From the human T2T-CHM13v2.0 reference genome, Homo sapiens, in NCBI RefSeq assembly GCF_009914755.1, contig NC_060929.1: a DNA stretch of 64,000 nucleotides; one strand, given 5' to 3'. Under the pieces are notes generated by a model, which saw nothing but the letters and a program-made list of their open reading frames with translations, had not been told where the DNA came from and did no database searches. Below, piece after piece: positions 15,890-28,705 of the stretch (its first letter is position 1; every line of letters starts with the position of its first letter). Made by a program: the position numbers and the translations under genes.

Positions 15890-16251
15890 TGTATTAGTCT
15901 ATTTTCACACTGCTGATATAGACATACCCATCACTGGGCAATTTACAAAAGAAATAGATTTAATGGACTTAAAGTTCCACATAGGAAGGCCTGGGAAAGC
16001 CTCACAATTGTGGCAGAAGGCAAGGAGGAGCAAGTCACGTCTTATGTAGATGGCAGCAGGCAAAGAGAGAGAGCTTGTGCAGGGAAACTCCCCCTTTTAA
16101 AACTATCAGATCTCGTGAGACTTATTCACTATCATGAAAATAGCAGTGGGGAGACCTGCCCCCATGATTCATTTACCTCCCACCGGGTCCCTCCCACAAC
16201 ATATGGGAAATCAAGATGAGATTTGGGTGGGGACACAGCCAAGCCATATCA
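15890..16251 (-). mobile_element. THE1A-like solo LTR
   Basis: tgtattagtc...gcaaggaggagcaagtcacgtcttatgtagatggcagcagg...cagccaagccatatca. TSD cagca/ctgca. Confidence 0.9.
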
Positions 16252-16885
16252 CTGCATATATTGTTTTATCACTGTCTTTGGCTTCCATCAGTTTGACCAA
16301 GATGTATATTCAGATGTAAGGTTATTTGTATTTATTTTTCTTCAGTTTCACTAAGCTTCTTACATCTATGAGTTATATTTTGTCAGCTTTAGAAAGTCCT
16401 TGGTCCTTATCTATACAAATATTTGCCTACCTCTTCTTTCTTCTTCTGGGACTCTTAATACTTATGTATTAGACCAACTGTTATTGTCAAGTAAACAGCT
16501 GATTTTGTACTCTCTCTCATATTTTCACTGTTTCCCTTTGAATACTTTCTCTTGACCAATTTTCAAGTTATTTTTTTCTTGCTATGTTTAGTCTGCTATT
16601 AAGACCACCAAATGAATTATTCATTTCTGCTATCCAATTTTTCACTTTGAGTGTTTATTTTTGGTTCTTTTAATAATTATCACGTTCCTTTTTTCTTTGA
16701 AAGATTTGTACCTTTCTGGAATTTATTTAAATTTATTTTCACTTGCCATTGAGGATGGCTAAAATTTCCTTTGCTCTTGAGAAAAAAAAAATTACCCATG
16801 TTTATGTCTATGTCTTTCTCCTTTTTTGATGATTCTTTATTTACTCAAGTATTTATTAGGCACTCACTAGGTAAAAGTCAGATAC

Positions 16886-17802
16886 TGTAAACCAAAAATA
16901 AAATTCTAAGCCCCCCAACTGACTAAATGGACCCTTCTTCTTGGCCAAGGGGATCCTGAAGAAAACCCGAAAAACGAATTCATGATGGGACAGGAAGGGA
17001 GGTCGGATATGCCTCTTTATACCCTCCTCCCTTTGGCTTGGAAGCACAGATGACCAGCATTAACCCTAAAATAGAGATCATAACACTGACAAAACAGACT
17101 CTTTGTAGCAATAAGATAACAAATTCCAACTTGATTCTCATATAGCATCACATGACAGAAAATAGGCCTTGAAGGAAATCAAAATCTTTCACCCCAAAAT
17201 ATATTTCTTTGACATATTTTGTAATGGCCCTGAAACGTCATTTCTTGTGAGGAAAATTTACATTCTGTTGAGAATCCCTTTCTCTTTCCAAGTCTTTTCT
17301 TCATCCAGGAAAGATTAAACTAAGAGTCTGACCCCTTTTAATATCTGAAAATAAACAGCTTCCATCTACTCTCTCTGAAGCCTGTTACTCAGAGACGTCA
17401 TCTACATAGCCAGAACCTTGGCTTCCATAGCTCCCCTTGTCTTAACTAGAGCATTTTTCTCCGCTGACTTCAACTCCTCAGGCAAAGCTAAACTCTTTCA
17501 TCCAACTGCCGGTCAGAGAATCTTTGAAACTGCCTATGTGACCTGTGGACCACCACTCCCCTCCGCATCCCCTGCTTTGAAATGTCCCACCTTTTGGGAC
17601 TGAACCAATGTATTTCTTATATGTACCAATTTATGTCTTTGTCTGTAAATTCTTTCTCCCTGAAGTGTATAAAACCAATCTGTAACCCAACCACCTCGGG
17701 CATACATTCTCAGGGCTCCCAGAGGCTGTGTCAAACGTAGGCCATGGTCATTTGTATAAATCTTTTCAAATACTTTACAAAGTTTGGCTTTTTTCATTAA
17801 TA
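16886..17802 (+). mobile_element. MER4-group (MER4D/E-like) ERV1 solo LTR inserted in an L2 relic
   Basis: Starts tgtaaaccaaaaataaaattctaagccccccaac and ends tttacaaagtttggcttttttcattaata. Exact 4-bp TSD atac at 16882-16885 and 17803-17806. Confidence 0.85.
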
Positions 17803-18209
17803 ATACAAAAAAAGGAGAACATGTAGTCTCTTCCCTCATGAAGATTGTAGACTAAAAAAATGTACTCAGAGCAACTGTAACAAAAGAAGTATAGGTTACT
17901 ATGGGAATATATAATGAGGATTATTCTTCTAATTTTACCTTAAAGGACAAATGAGGTTACTCATCTCCAAGCTCTTGTCAGAGTTGTAGGAAGCACATTG
18001 ATAGTCATTTCACCATAGCCCTTCAATATCCCATTATTAAACTGACAAGGTAGTAAAACATGGTGCAAAATCTTTGTTGGAGTGAGTAAAATGTTTGTTC
18101 TCCACTAAGAATAGGGTGGAAAAAATAAATAAAATTAAGGGTTTAGCATAAATTCACAGATATTTGGATTTATAACTGGAAAAGAAGAGACTATGCCATT
18201 TAAAACAAA

Positions 18210-18950
18210 TTTCTCCTTATCCTTCAAATTACAGCTCAAAGTTCACCTCCTCTCTAAAATTGTCTGAGTTCCTTTCCCATCCCTTTCTACTCCCAGAGAA
18301 AATTGGTTGCTACTTCATGTTTGATTTCCAAGCTCTTTATTCATACTTCCATTATACTACCTTATCATTGCCTGTTGATTGTTTGACAGGTTTGGCCTCT
18401 CTATTTAGCAGTTTTCTCCCAGAGGCAAAGGATCTTCTCTTTGTATTCCTATTTCCCAGCCTAACTGAATTGAAATGAAAACTACTTCCATTGTCTATTT
18501 TCATTTTAACAATGGCCATATAATACCTTTTTCTGTTTATTTGCTTAATTCAATATTTCTGTAAACCCTATCTAATGAAAATACATAATGTGTCTTGTTA
18601 GTACCCTAATAATTTCATTTATTCATTAATCTTATAAACACGGGTTAAGTCCTGAGCTAGATTCTTAATGTGTCAAGACAAACATCATTCTTTTCCATCT
18701 TTTTTCTTTATGTGTAGGGCCTGTTGAGCTTTCATGGAGGTAATTTTCAATCAATATACAACTATTGAAAACCTACTGTGCCAGGAAACATGCCAGGCAT
18801 TGATGAAATAATTGTGAGCAAATTCAAAGAGAATTTCTGCCCTCATAAATGTACCATCTAGCATCGGAGAAAATATATTAATGAAATAGGTGTATGTAAA
18901 ATTGCGATTCTGATGACTACAATGAAGAATAGGTACAGCACTATTTGACC
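18210..18950. mobile_element. LINE-2 fragments (both orientations)
   Basis: tccttcaaattacagctcaaagttcacctcctct (+) and caactattgaaaacctactgtgccagg (-). Confidence 0.55.
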
Positions 18951-19590
18951 TTATGGAATTCTAAAGAGATCAACTATTTCTGTAGGCAAAATTACTCATA
19001 AAATGCAGAATATGTCTGAAATTTATCAAAAATAGTTAACATTTATTTATTAATAACTGATTAATTTAAATGAGTGGTATCTTCTATCTTTGCATGGCAT
19101 TATTTCTCTTCTCTTGCTTTGTCTTAATAGTTTTCCTTAACCATCTGTCAAAAAGAGTATAAAGGAAGTAATCCAGAATTTCTTAGGAAAATAAAATGAA
19201 AATTAAATTATTTTTAAAATAAGATTCCAAATATTTTAGTCTTTAAGTTGATTTAACATAAGTTCTGGTGATAAGTGTCTCTTACTCACTGAGGGGAAAG
19301 TTTGGTAAGAGAACTTGTGTTTGGCTTTATAATATATGCACACATGCACACACATGTGCACGTGCACACAAACAAGCAAAGTGACTTACAAAAATTTGTT
19401 TTTATTTTCTAGTGAAATCCCTGGCATAGCTTTTAGCAGCCTGAGATACCCAAGTAAGCCACTTAACCTGTTTCAGTTTTACATGCTTCAAAGATTAGTA
19501 AAATTTTACCTACTTCATAGGATAATTATAAGAATTAAAACAGAAAGCCTGGTACTAGGATTAAATAATATAGTAAGCACATTCTATTCT

Positions 19591-19885
19591 TTTTTTTTTT
19601 TTTGAGATGGAGTCTCACTCTGTCACCCAGGCTGGAGTGCAATGGTGCGATCTCGGCTCACTGCAACCTCCGCCTACTGGGGTTCAAGTGATTCTCCTGC
19701 CTCAGCCTCCCAAGTAGCTGGGATTACAGGCACGTGCCACTACACCTAGCTAATTTTTTGTATCTTTAGTAGAGACGGGGTTTCACCAGGTTGGCCAGAC
19801 TGGTCTCAAACTCCTGACCTCATGATCCACTCGCCTTGGCCTCCCAAAGTGCTGGGATTACAGGCATGAACCACCACACCCGGCC
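19591..19885 (-). mobile_element. AluSg-like SINE next to a MIR fragment
   Basis: Full dimer with cctgacctcatgatcc. 15-bp TSD agcaca(t/c)tctattct at 19576-19590 and 19886-19900. Confidence 0.93.
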
Positions 19886-20049
19886 AGCACACTCTATTCT
19901 ATTTCTCCCATTGATTACAACTAAAAATCCTGGAAGAAATATATAAAGCAAAGATGACTCTGAAAAAATATACAATAGCCGGCCAACTAAAAAGAGAAAA
20001 GCAAAAACTTGTGGAATGGGCCAGGTGGCAGTGAATTTTTTGGTTACTT

Positions 20050-21890
20050 CTAACCTCTACTCTCTTTGCTTATATGGTTTCTGATAAGATGTCTGCTGTA
20101 ATTCTTATCTTTGTTCCCCTGTAGGTGAGGTGTTTTTCCCCTGTCTGGCTTTCTTCAAGACTGTCTCTTTGATTTTAGTTTTCTGCAATTGAAATATGAT
20201 ATACCTACGTGGTTTTTATAGTTTTGGATTTGTTCGTGTTTTGTTGTGGGGAGTTATGTTTATCCTACTTCTATTCTCTGAGCTTCGTGAGTCTGTGGTT
20301 TTGCATCTGTCATTAATTTTGGAATGCTCTCAGACATTATTACTTCAAATATTTATTCTTCTCAGTTCCATTTTTCTTCTTTTTCTGGTGTCCCAATTAT
20401 GGTTAATGCTTCACTTTTTGCAATTGTCCCACATTTCCTGGATGCTGTGTTATTAAAAAAAATAATAATTGTTTTATTTCCTTTGCATTTCAGTTTTGAA
20501 AGTTTCTATTGACCTATCTTCAGGTTCACTGATTCTTTCCTCAGATGTGTCAAGTCTACTGACAAGCCCTTTGAAGGCATTCTTATTTTCTGTTCCTGTG
20601 TTTTTGATTCTTAGCATCTCCTTTTGGTTATTTCTAACCATTTTATAGTTTTCATTTCTCTACCGACATTACCCAATTGATTTTGCCTGTAGTCTCCTTT
20701 TTACATTAAAGTCCTTAACATATTAATCATAGTTATTTTAAATGCTTTGTTTGTAACTCCAATATCTATGTCTCGTCTGAGTCAGGTTCTGATGCTTGCT
20801 CTGTCTCTTAAGACTGCTTCTTTTTTTTTTTTTTTTTAATTTGTCCTTTGGTTTGCCTTCTAATTTAGAGGTAAAGTTAGACACATGTTACTCAATAAAT
20901 GGTACTGAGTAAATAGATTTTTAGAGAAAGGATTTTATCAATATGGCTAGGAGCTTGGCTGTGTTTAACTTTTTTTAGATATAGGTACCAGAGCCTTCAA
21001 TTCCTCTAATTCCTTAAATTTTAGAGGCTCTCCCTTCTAGTCTTTGAGGATTTCCCTAGCACTGCTCTGCAGGGAGAGACTCTTGCAGCTCTTTCAGCTC
21101 TAATTCATTGTTATTACACTGTTTGGTGTGGTTAGAGTGTGTGGAAAAAATCTTATAATCTTATTAAATGTTGATGTTTCCATGGGCCTGTATCACAGAG
21201 ATGTGGCCTTCACAAGTGCTCCCATACCTACTCCAGGAGTAGACTTATTTCTCCTCTCTCCTTTCCTCCTTCTTTCTCTGACTGCATCATCATTAATCTA
21301 TTGTCTTGAAGCCCCATTGACTATGGATATTCTCTGTTTTCAGGTGAGGCTGGAAGTCTGTAGCGTGCTAACGTGGGGTGAAATTCAGAATTACCTGCTA
21401 GAGAATTCCTTACACTGGAGACAGCTCTTTGTTATAAGGAAGAGTCTGGGAGGGCTTCAAGAAGGCTTCTTCTCCTGCTGCCACAGTCCTTCTCAGATCA
21501 CTTCAGGAGAGGTTGGTGGGGTTCCAGGAAATAAAACTTTATGAAAAGTGGAGGAGCTCCTATGACTGTGGATCCCAGGACTTTGATTCTCATATTAGTT
21601 TCTACTCCACTCCTAGAAATTCATCAAAATGCCTAGTAAAGTACATGGTTTTAGCAGTTTATAGTGTTCGACGACTTCTCCAGATAAGCAAATCTAAAGC
21701 ACTGTATCTTTCTGGATGTACCAATCTCTCCAGATTTTAAGGTGATGGCTTGTCCCATGACCTTAGTTTTCTGATGGGTTCAATAAAAGTCACTGCTTTT
21801 TGGTTTGTAAGGATTTTTCCTGTTTTGAGGGTGGTAATGACCACTTACAAGCTCTTTATATATCAGAGGTAAAACCCAAAGCCTCCCAGT
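20050..21890 (-). mobile_element. Old L1M ORF1/5' region
   Basis: gtttctgataagatgtctgctgtaattcttatctttgttcccctgtagg; attgacctatcttcaggttcactgattctttcctcag. Confidence 0.7.
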
Positions 21891-22369
21891 TATTCTTTAT
21901 TTTCATGTGTCTTAAATTCTAGGATACTCTGATTCCTGGAACTACACACAAAAGGTAAACAAAAAAGTACCCCCTACCTAAAAATAAACACTTACTTTAT
22001 GGCCAGGGAATCAAAAAAATGGGGTATATGTGGGACACAGCTTCTTTAACTATCACAGACTGACCCGAGGCAAGACCCATAATGAATCTGCATCTCTGTA
22101 GTGGTAGCACTGGCATTGGCAGCAATGGTAGCAAAACCCCTATAGGCTTTTTAATCTTTCTGCTTTACCCAGAGGCAGTTACAATAATGGGAAATGCACA
22201 ACAATGCATGGAGTATAAAAGCTCAGCCTTCTAGCTAGGGCAGAAGAAAAGTGACTGCTGAAGAAGATGGTGCTAGATAAACAATCCTTTAAATTTGTAC
22301 ATAAAGTTGATATGTTGTTCATTCATGTAACTGACTGTGATCAACATAGCAAATGCTATGCTAAAATAT

Positions 22370-23790
22370 ATTTTAAAATAACTAAATAATTGAACAGATG
22401 TTCCATGTATATGAATTGAAAGACAGTATTGTTAACATGTCAGCACTACCTAAAGCAATGTACAAATCAATGCAACCTCTATCAAAATTCCAATAGCTTT
22501 TTTTTGGCAAAAATGGAAAGTTTTCTCTCAAATTCAAATTCATTTGTAATTACAAGAGGCTTCAAATAGCCAAAACAATCTTGAAAAAGAAGAACAAAGT
22601 TGAAGGACTTACAATTCCTGATTTCAAAACTTATCACAAAGCTACAGTAACCAAGACAGGTACTGACACAAGGATAGACACATTGATGCATAAAATAGAT
22701 TTGAGGGTCCAGAAATAAATTCATATCCTTTGGTGAACTGATTTTTGATAAAGGAGCCAAGACCATGCAATGGAGAAAGGATAATTTCTTCAACAAAAGA
22801 TGTTGAGATGAAAGGATATTCACACGCAAAATAATAAACTTAGACTCCTACCTCACACCATATACAAAAATTAACTCAAAATGATTGTTATCTCATATAA
22901 CAGCTAATGCCATGAAACGCTTAGAAGAAAATATAGAGGAAAATCTTCATGGCTTTGGATTTGATAATGGATTTTAAAGACATCAAAAACACAAGCAACA
23001 AGAGAAAAAATAGATAAATTTGACTACATCAAAATTAAAAAATTTGTGTATCAAAGGATTATCAAGAAAGTGAAGACAGCCTTCCAAATGAGAAAACTAT
23101 TTGCACACCATACCTCTGATAGAGTTCTAGTATTTAGAATATAAAATAACTCACAATTCAACAACAAAAAGATAGACAATTCATGTAAAAAAATGAGCAA
23201 AGGAATTTAATAGGCATTTCTCCAAAGAAGATATACAAATGGTGAACAAGCACATGAAAAGATGTTCAACATCATTAGTCATCAGGGAAGTGTAAATCAA
23301 AATCACAATGAGATATCACTTCACATACATTAGAAGGACTACTATCAAAACACACAAAAATAAGTGTTGGCAAAGATACAGAGATATCAAAACACTTGTG
23401 TATTACTGGTAATAATGTAAAGTGGTTCAACCAATGTGTAAAACAGTTTGGCAGTTCCTCAAAAAGTTAAGCATAGAATTACCATACGGCTAAGGGATTC
23501 CATCCCTAGCTATATATCCAAAATAATTAAAAGAAATTACTGACATAAGTACATGTGCATGCATGTTTTTAGTAACAATATTCACTATAAATAAAAGGTA
23601 AAAAAACAGCCCAAATGTTCATCACTGGATGAATGGATAAACACATGGTGGTATATGAAAACAATGGAATTATTCAACCATAAAAAGGAATAAAGTACTG
23701 ATGCATGCTGCAATAGAGATAAACTTGCAACACAGCATGCTAAATAAAAGAAGCTGAACACAAGAGGGGGACACCATCACAGATTGGTTC
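22370..23790 (+). mobile_element. L1MB-like ORF2 3' fragment
   Basis: Degenerate ORF2 motifs (agccaaaacaatcttgaaaaagaagaacaaagttgaaggac; catttctccaaagaagatatacaaatgg). Confidence 0.85.
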
Positions 23791-25219
23791 TGAATGGCTG
23801 AAGCCCATCTGCCCATGCCTTCCATCTGAGATGGATATATGGCTCTTTTCAGGCCAGGGATACCCAAAGATATGTTTGTTCATGGTTTATGAATAACAAT
23901 TCTAACAATAAAGCTTGTTTTTACTCTCTACGTCATTGGAGCACTTTACCCTCTCTTCCTCTGGATAGTGAATATGTGGATGTGAGATCCAAAACGTATA
24001 TAAGCATCTTTCTACCACAGAAAAGCCAGTCAGATGAGAAAGTGAAAAAATTGAGAAGAGAGCTGCTAAATTATTTGCAGAAAAATGAGATAGGAATCTA
24101 TTCAATCTGATCCTTAATCTCTCACCTTACCTCTGGATTATCCAGCTAAATGGGTCAATGCATTTCCTTTATTATTAAAACCAGTATTAGTTTATTTCCT
24201 GCTCTTTTCAAAAAGTAAGATACCAATTGGTACAGAGAAAATCTTCTTCAGGTAGTTCTACTTTTTGTGTATACATAGGACCTACCAAACATTTAAGATC
24301 AAAAGAGGATATATAATATTTTCGAATCTATTAATAGAATTACTTAGCCTGGTAGGTACAATGTGTGAGATTAAAATGACATTTAAGAAAGACTACAAAA
24401 TCACATGGTCAAAAACTAAGGCAGGTTATTGGCCTAAGTACACCTTGTGATAATTTGTTAAATTTAGTAAGATAAAATAACCTCAATTGAATGACTGACC
24501 AGGGTTACCAACTGTGTTTATGCTTGACCTTTCTATGGGGTTTATCATCAGGAGTTTTATAGATGAAGGTTCCTGGTGTTTGACCTTCCTAAATCCAACC
24601 AAATTCTCCTCACTCATCTAAGAAAAGTCTGGATATTTTGAGTGTGGTGACTGGAAGGCTAACACTAACCATGTTTGCAATATGATGTGTGCTTTTGAGA
24701 AATATTTACCTTCATATGCTCAAAGAACCACTTGCTAAACAGGATAAAATAATTTATTTATAACATACAATGTGTGTGTAATTACATATGAAATGATAAC
24801 GTGAAATCAGTTGTGAGGGTCTATAGTAATGTATACACATAATAACTTTGAGGAAGCAATAACAATTATTTAGCCTGTAGTTTTTGCCAAATGTTCTTAT
24901 CCCATGAGGTAATGCCTTTATCTGATTCCCCATAATTCATGTGTTGAAAACTTAGCCCCCAATGTAACTGTTTTAGGAGGATAGGAGGTGCTTAGGTCAT
25001 GAGGGCTCTGCTCTCATGAGTGGATTAATGCCCCTATAAAAAAGGTGTGGAAATGAGTTCACTGTCTTCTGCCATATAGGGACACAGCATTTGTTTCCTT
25101 TTGCCCTCTAGCCTTCCACCATATGAGGATGCGCAAGAAGGCCCTCACAAGATGCCAGCACCTGCGAACTTCCTAGCTCCAGAACCATTAGAAATACATT
25201 TCTATTCATCATAAGCTAG

Positions 25220-25336
25220 GGTCCAGTTTTGGTGGCTTATGTCTTTAATCCCAGCACTTTGAGAGGCTGAGGCAGGATTATCCCTTGAAGCCAGGAGTTT
25301 GATACAGTCTGAGCAGCATAGAGAGGCCTCATCTCT

Positions 25337-25383
<47 letters not shown>

Positions 25384-25545
25384 CGATAAAAATAAATTAA
25401 CCAGGAACCTGTAGCCCTACCTACATGGAGTACCATCATCCTTTGTTCAGTCCAACAGGGATCGAGGTCAGTGACATAGGAGTTCAAGGCTGCAATGAGC
25501 TATGCTCACACTGCTGCGTTCCAGCTTGGGTATATGTTAGAGAGA
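25220..25545 (+). mobile_element. Diverged AluJ with (TA)n linker expansion
   Basis: taatcccagcactttgagaggctgaggcaggattatcccttgaagccaggagtt ... ggagttcaaggctgcaatgagctatg. Confidence 0.8.
25341..25382. repeat. (TA)21 microsatellite, with further AT-rich low-complexity sequence at ~25545-25790
   Basis: Direct reading. Confidence 0.95.
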
Positions 25546-25989
25546 GAGATATATATATAAAATCTCTCTCTATATATAATATATAATAGCTCTTGCATAA
25601 TATATATCTATTTATAATATATACTCTCTATTGTAATATATAATATATATAATCTCTATGTATAATGTATAATACATATACATATAACAAATATATTATA
25701 CATAGATATTTTATATATATAATACAGTCTGTAGTATTCTGCTATATAACATATATATTATACATAGATATATATATATATATATAATACAGTCTGTAGT
25801 ATTCTGCTATAGTAGCATAAAATGGACTAAAACAGACAGGTACTATAATAATAGTTGTTATATATATATATAAAAACATGGAAACAAACTTTAAGCAATT
25901 GCATCATTTGCAATACTGGGCATCTGTTGCATTTTCCTTTCTAACACTCCTCAACTCACACTTCTTTCCTTAGGATAATAACAACATTT

Positions 25990-26413
25990 TGATTTTCCCT
26001 GGGGGAATGAAACCAACAGCATTCTGTGTGGCTTAGGGGAAGATGGTGCCACCTGTCTTTAGCATTAGGCCTGTAACCCAGGCCTGACTTAGTCAGCATT
26101 AATACAACACAGGCTACAGTGATTGGTGTAGGGGTGGGTACATGACTAAATTCTAGGGGTACTTTCAAGCTGCCATAAACAAATGAAATACATTTTTTTC
26201 TGCTGAGACTGCTCACAGTGAAGATGATGTACACAGAAGAAAACACAAGAAACAGAGACCAATTGCTGATCACATCCTTTCAGCCCTTGGATGTAGTCAT
26301 GCCCAAAGCATTTTTATCCGCAACCTCCCCTTTAACTGTGTCCACATATTTTCTTAAGCTGTTTGAATTGGACTTCTGCCTCTTTCTTGCATACAAGATT
26401 GTCCTGACTAATA
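25990..26413 (+). mobile_element. Old ERVL/MaLR LTR (LTR33/LTR16/MLT1K-like)
   Basis: ggctacagtgattggtgtaggggtgggtacatgact ... ttgcatacaagattgtcctgactaata. Confidence 0.5.
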
Positions 26414-27164
26414 GATTCACTCAAGGCAAGAAGTTAGTCAGTGAGAATTGGGATTTGAAGTGAGGTACTGTTTTCAAGTGACTATATACATCAGAAACCA
26501 TACATGTCACAGCTTTCTTACCAAAGCTTCTTTGCTGAAATTTCAACCTGCAGGTCCTGAGTTAGGAAATTATCTTGCCAATTTGCATGGGCCAAGAGGA
26601 GAGCTAAATGTTAAGAAATGTGTTTAGTTTTCTATTCCCCTGGGTTGACTCTGGATTATAATTAATTGTAGCTTTGGGCTAATTTGTTGCCTAATATTCT
26701 TGTATAAAACTGTAAGTGCCATATTAGATTTAACTAGGAGAAGCAGGGGGTTGTCTTCCGGCAAGCCAGAGTTGTAGGAATAATGCAAATGAGCAGTCAC
26801 ATAAGAATGCCATGTTTGTCTTCCTCATTGCTGCTTTCCCTGCAGGGTAACTCTTACTAATTTAGTAATTAGTGGTAGGAAGCTTGAAAATCTGCAAGCT
26901 AATTTACACATAAGCAAACTATGTTTAAAATGACATTAACTCACTGTGTTTTGGTATGTGGCCTGACACACAGCCGTTTCATCCCCTTGGCTATATCCCC
27001 TGTGGTGCTTTGAAATGGGAAATAATATTAGGGTCTAGCTTGGAAAAAGAGACACATAAAGGGGGAGGATGTCAAGACAGAAATAGTTCTCTTTGGTGCA
27101 GCTAAAATCCTAATGGGCTATATCACTGATTGTAGAAGGTATTAACAGTCAAGCACTAAACAGT

Positions 27165-27365
27165 AATGATGATATTTCATCTCAACTATTGAGTGTTTCA
27201 GGCACTGCTGTAAATACTCTCTCTATATTATCACATTTACTCCTTTAAAAAGCCCAATATTATCCCCATATTATGGATAAGAAAACAGTTGTTCAAGGAG
27301 CTTAACTAACTTGTCTAAGCTCACACATTTACCAAAAGCAGGGTCAAGATTCCTATGTAGGCCTA
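27165..27365 (-). mobile_element. MIR fragment
   Basis: tattatccccatattatggataagaaaacag...taacttgtctaagctcacaca. Confidence 0.7.
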
Positions 27366-27499
27366 ACATTTTAATTACATAGTGTGCTGGCTACTATAAT
27401 ACTAGACTTATGCAGAGAAATTTTTGATACGGGATGTCATCAACATTGGCAGTATAGTCAACCCTATTATAATAAAGCTTATTATTATCTCAAATCCTA

Positions 27500-28705
27500 T
27501 AGGCAAGCAAACATCTTCATATCAATTTTTCAAAAACTCACTTTTCTATTTGTGTTCACAGCAAAGTCCTTTAAAGAGCTTCTTTCTCCGTAGCTTCAAC
27601 CCCTCTTTTCTCCTTCACCTATTCCAATAGGACTTTTGTCCTAATAATAAAAGGGCTCTTATTAAGGTTATCAATGATCTTTAACTTGTCCTCTTCCTTA
27701 TCCTTCCTGTCAACTTCGTTTGACATAGCAGATCCCTTTCTTCTTAAAGCTCTTTCTTCGCTTGGCTTCCAGGTATCACTCCCTCCTCTCCTGGCTCCTT
27801 CAAGGACTTATCAATTTCCTTTGCTGACTTTTTTCTTAAGTCTTAAGCATTAAGCATTGGAGTGCCACCCTGGGCTCGATCCTTAGACCTCTTCTCCTCC
27901 TCTTTTACACTCTGTTCCTTAACACCTGTCAGCTCAGTCCTTGACACGTGTTTCAAATCCAATTATTTCTCACATCTCCTGCCACATTCCTTGCCTCAGC
28001 CACCAGCTCTCTTGCCTGGACTCTTGCTGTAGCTCCTTCACTAATATTTCCTTTTTTCTTTATTCCCCTAAGATCCATTCCCCCCATAGTCGCTAGAGTG
28101 AGCTTCTTAAGGTGCACATCAAATTGCAGGTTTTCTCATTAAGATTCTCCAATGCCTTTCCATTGCACATAGAATTCAATCCAAACTCCATTTCATGGTG
28201 AACAAGGGTTATTTTAGATTTGCACATCTTTCTCTCTCTTATATTATTTTTCATGGCTGTCGCCTTTGCTTCCTGCATTATTGCCATACTGGCCTTATTT
28301 GCTCGTCCTCAAATACTACATGTTTATTTTCAAACCATGCTCTTTTGCACAGCTAGTTCCTACATTCAAGTTCTGTGTCCTTAGGTTTTCACATAGCAGA
28401 AAGTTTGTTATCATTCAGATCTGTTCTTAAATGTCACTTCTTCAGAGACTGTCCCTGTAACCCAATTAAAGATCTTCCAGCTTTCACCTAAACTCTCTAA
28501 TTTCTTACCCTGCTTGATTTTCTTTATTGCAATGCTTCTATCCAAAATTGTATACATATTTACTTGTTAATTGTCTGTTTTCTCCCCTGGAACTCTATCG
28601 TCTTCTCCTCTGTGAGAGCAAGAACTTTGCTATTCACTACAGTTTCTTCAGAGCATAGAATGATAGTAAAAATTTAAATAATTATTAAAATTAAGAAATG
28701 AATAC
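27500..28705 (+). mobile_element. LINE-2 3' fragment
   Basis: ctcttattaaggttatcaatgatct, cttcgcttggcttccagg, aaatgtcacttcttcagagac, gagagcaagaactttg. Confidence 0.8.

Larger units (their letters stand above)
24915..25833 (+). mobile_element. MST (C/D-like) MaLR LTR interrupted by AluJ and AT repeats
   Basis: ttaggtcatgagggctctgctctcatgagtggattaatg ... gtattctgctatagtagcataaaatggactaaaaca. Confidence 0.75.

Noticed and set aside
21128-21544. 138-aa ORF
   Set aside because: Lies antisense within a degenerate L1M 5' region, uses a non-ATG start and has no recognisable domain.
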